Assembly: GCA_002633005.1 (NCBI GenBank)
Contig: NMRA01000339.1
Span: 4,010 to 68,009, forward strand
Direction of reading: 5' to 3'
Length of the DNA stretch: 64,000 nt
Origin: Phoronis australis
Taxonomy: Eukaryota; Animalia; Phoronida
The translations under genes were made by a program, and so were the position numbers. The notes beneath the pieces are model-generated. The model made no database searches, was not told the origin of the DNA, and saw nothing but the letters and a program-made list of their open reading frames with translations. This document shows positions 62,404-64,000 of the stretch, in pieces (the first letter of the stretch is position 1; every line of letters starts with the position of its first letter).

Positions 62404-62672
62404 TACTGAATGTGTTCAAGGGTGTGAATTAAGAGCCTGGATATAATGGGAAATATACTGAATGTGTTCAAAGGTGTGAATTAAGAGCCTGGATATAATG
62501 GGAAAATATACTGAATGTGTTCAAAGGTGTGAATTAAGAGCCTGGATATAATGGGAAAATATACTGAATGTGTTCAAGGGTGTGAATTAAGAGCCTGGAT
62601 ATAATGGGAAAATATACTGAATGTGTTCAAGGGTGTGAATTAAGATCCTGGATATAATGAGAAAATATAATG
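62404..62672. repeat. 52-53-bp minisatellite, 5 nearly identical copies
   Basis: tactgaatgtgttcaa(g/a)ggtgtgaattaagagcctggatataatggga(a)aata repeated. Confidence 0.95.
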
Positions 62673-64000
62673 GGTTTCTGAAGCTTTACATGTATTTTTA
62701 AGAAGGCTTGTTGGTATTTTTTGATCTGCATGTCAGTTGTCTAGGGAACAACATTGTGTAAAGTGACACAAACTAGAATATTTGTCACTGCTGCACTTCA
62801 CCCTTTGGCCATGCGTGCTGAGCATTTAATGATTCAAAATGTTCAATGTAAAAAGCCATGTGCTCACCAGGCAGTTTTATCAATTTTTGGGTTTGAAAAG
62901 AAATATTATCTAATGATATGTGACATTGCATCTAAGAAGCTTTGAGATCCTTTTGTACAAGATGAAATGATGAAATCAATTCATAGTATCAATATTTTCA
63001 ATGCCTGACGAGTTTAAAATATATTTAATGAATTTCATAAACCAACAGTGTTGACAAAATGCGAAAAATAACAAGGTGTAGAAGTAACATCAATAAACAT
63101 GGAAAATATTAATGAACCAGAGAGGTTATACATTAAATGACCAGTTAAGCTAGCAGAGAAATAATTTTAATGAATTAAAAAAAATTCTACACTTATTAAA
63201 AACAAAGATTTTAGAATATGGATCTCTCACAGTTCCTGTGAAAAATTTAGTCATTACAGGCATTCAACCAAAAATATACATATTAACTGGACCTTTGTTA
63301 TTTTGAGCACCTGTTGCTTAGCTGCCATAGTTAACATTCGAAAATAAAAAGGGACAACTTGTCAAAGCGGGACTTCCGGATAAGAAGTGGGACATGTATG
63401 TCTGAACCAAAATGCCAGGTAAAATGTTCCCGGCAACACAGAAAAACGCCCGGCAGCATTTTCTGTTAATGGGAGACATAACACCTAAAAAGTGCAGAAT
63501 GGCATATTTTGTTTTTTAGTCGAATGAGAAATTATGCGAGCTGCAAAAGACATGAAACATCTTGTTTTCTTTCTCTTTATTCGACAAAGTGGCATTCTAG
63601 GTATAGAGTTATATATGGTCTATATAAGCTCTACAGTCACTTAAGTTATCATTCCCTTGAAAAATAATAAATACTAGTTAGTTTATTTTAAGCGTCAGGA
63701 TAATTTTATCTAAACAGTAAATATTAATTTTCCATAGTGAACCGAAAGATCTCAACACGAATAGTATTAATTCACCATGAAATTTCTACACCAGAATGCA
63801 CAGAAATTTACTATGCTTGACAAACAAGCAAAAACATGTCTTTTCACTTTTAATTTATTTTAACCTAGTAGAAAAATACCAACATTTCATACAAATCTTC
63901 TGAAGAAAGGCGATCAGAACGTTTTTCTTTCACATTGCTGTCCGCAACTTAATGCAATTAACAATGTCCAAGAAATGTCGTCACTTTGTAGTACATACCA

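Noticed and set aside
62404-62672. Regular repeats resembling a CRISPR array (also 5542-5665)
   Set aside because: No unique spacers, no cas genes, eukaryotic context; ordinary minisatellites.
62238-64000. Further upstream JAK exons
   Set aside because: No phase-compatible exon with JH2-like sequence found; the remaining gene lies beyond the window.

Overview
AT-rich, intron-rich genomic DNA from a bilaterian animal, probably a heterozygous invertebrate; the species cannot be named from sequence alone. It contains two minus-strand protein-coding genes. The first is a complete 15-coding-exon long-chain acyl-CoA synthetase of the ACSL3/4 type (9043-31467, 709 aa by my exon join). The second is the 3' part of a Janus kinase, covering the C-lobe of the JH2 pseudokinase, the linker and the full JH1 kinase (47840-62237); its 5' exons lie beyond the window. 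The rest is repeats: a ~198-bp CpG-rich satellite (1-3825), five Helentron-associated (HINE/DINE-1-like) elements, a deleted Kolobok transposon, a family of DNA transposons with 7-bp TSDs, two LINE fragments, a Penelope-like fragment, MITEs, SINE heads and minisatellites. Four single-N gaps border three duplicated blocks that look like haplotype/assembly duplications. The most striking observations are (i) HINE elements whose ~145-bp internal repeats each carry a CTCF-consensus-like motif, forming mobile arrays of phased candidate insulator sites, and (ii) a 67-bp tandem array made from the acceptor site plus most of the ACSL fatty-acid gate exon. All calls come from manual reading; no searches were run.
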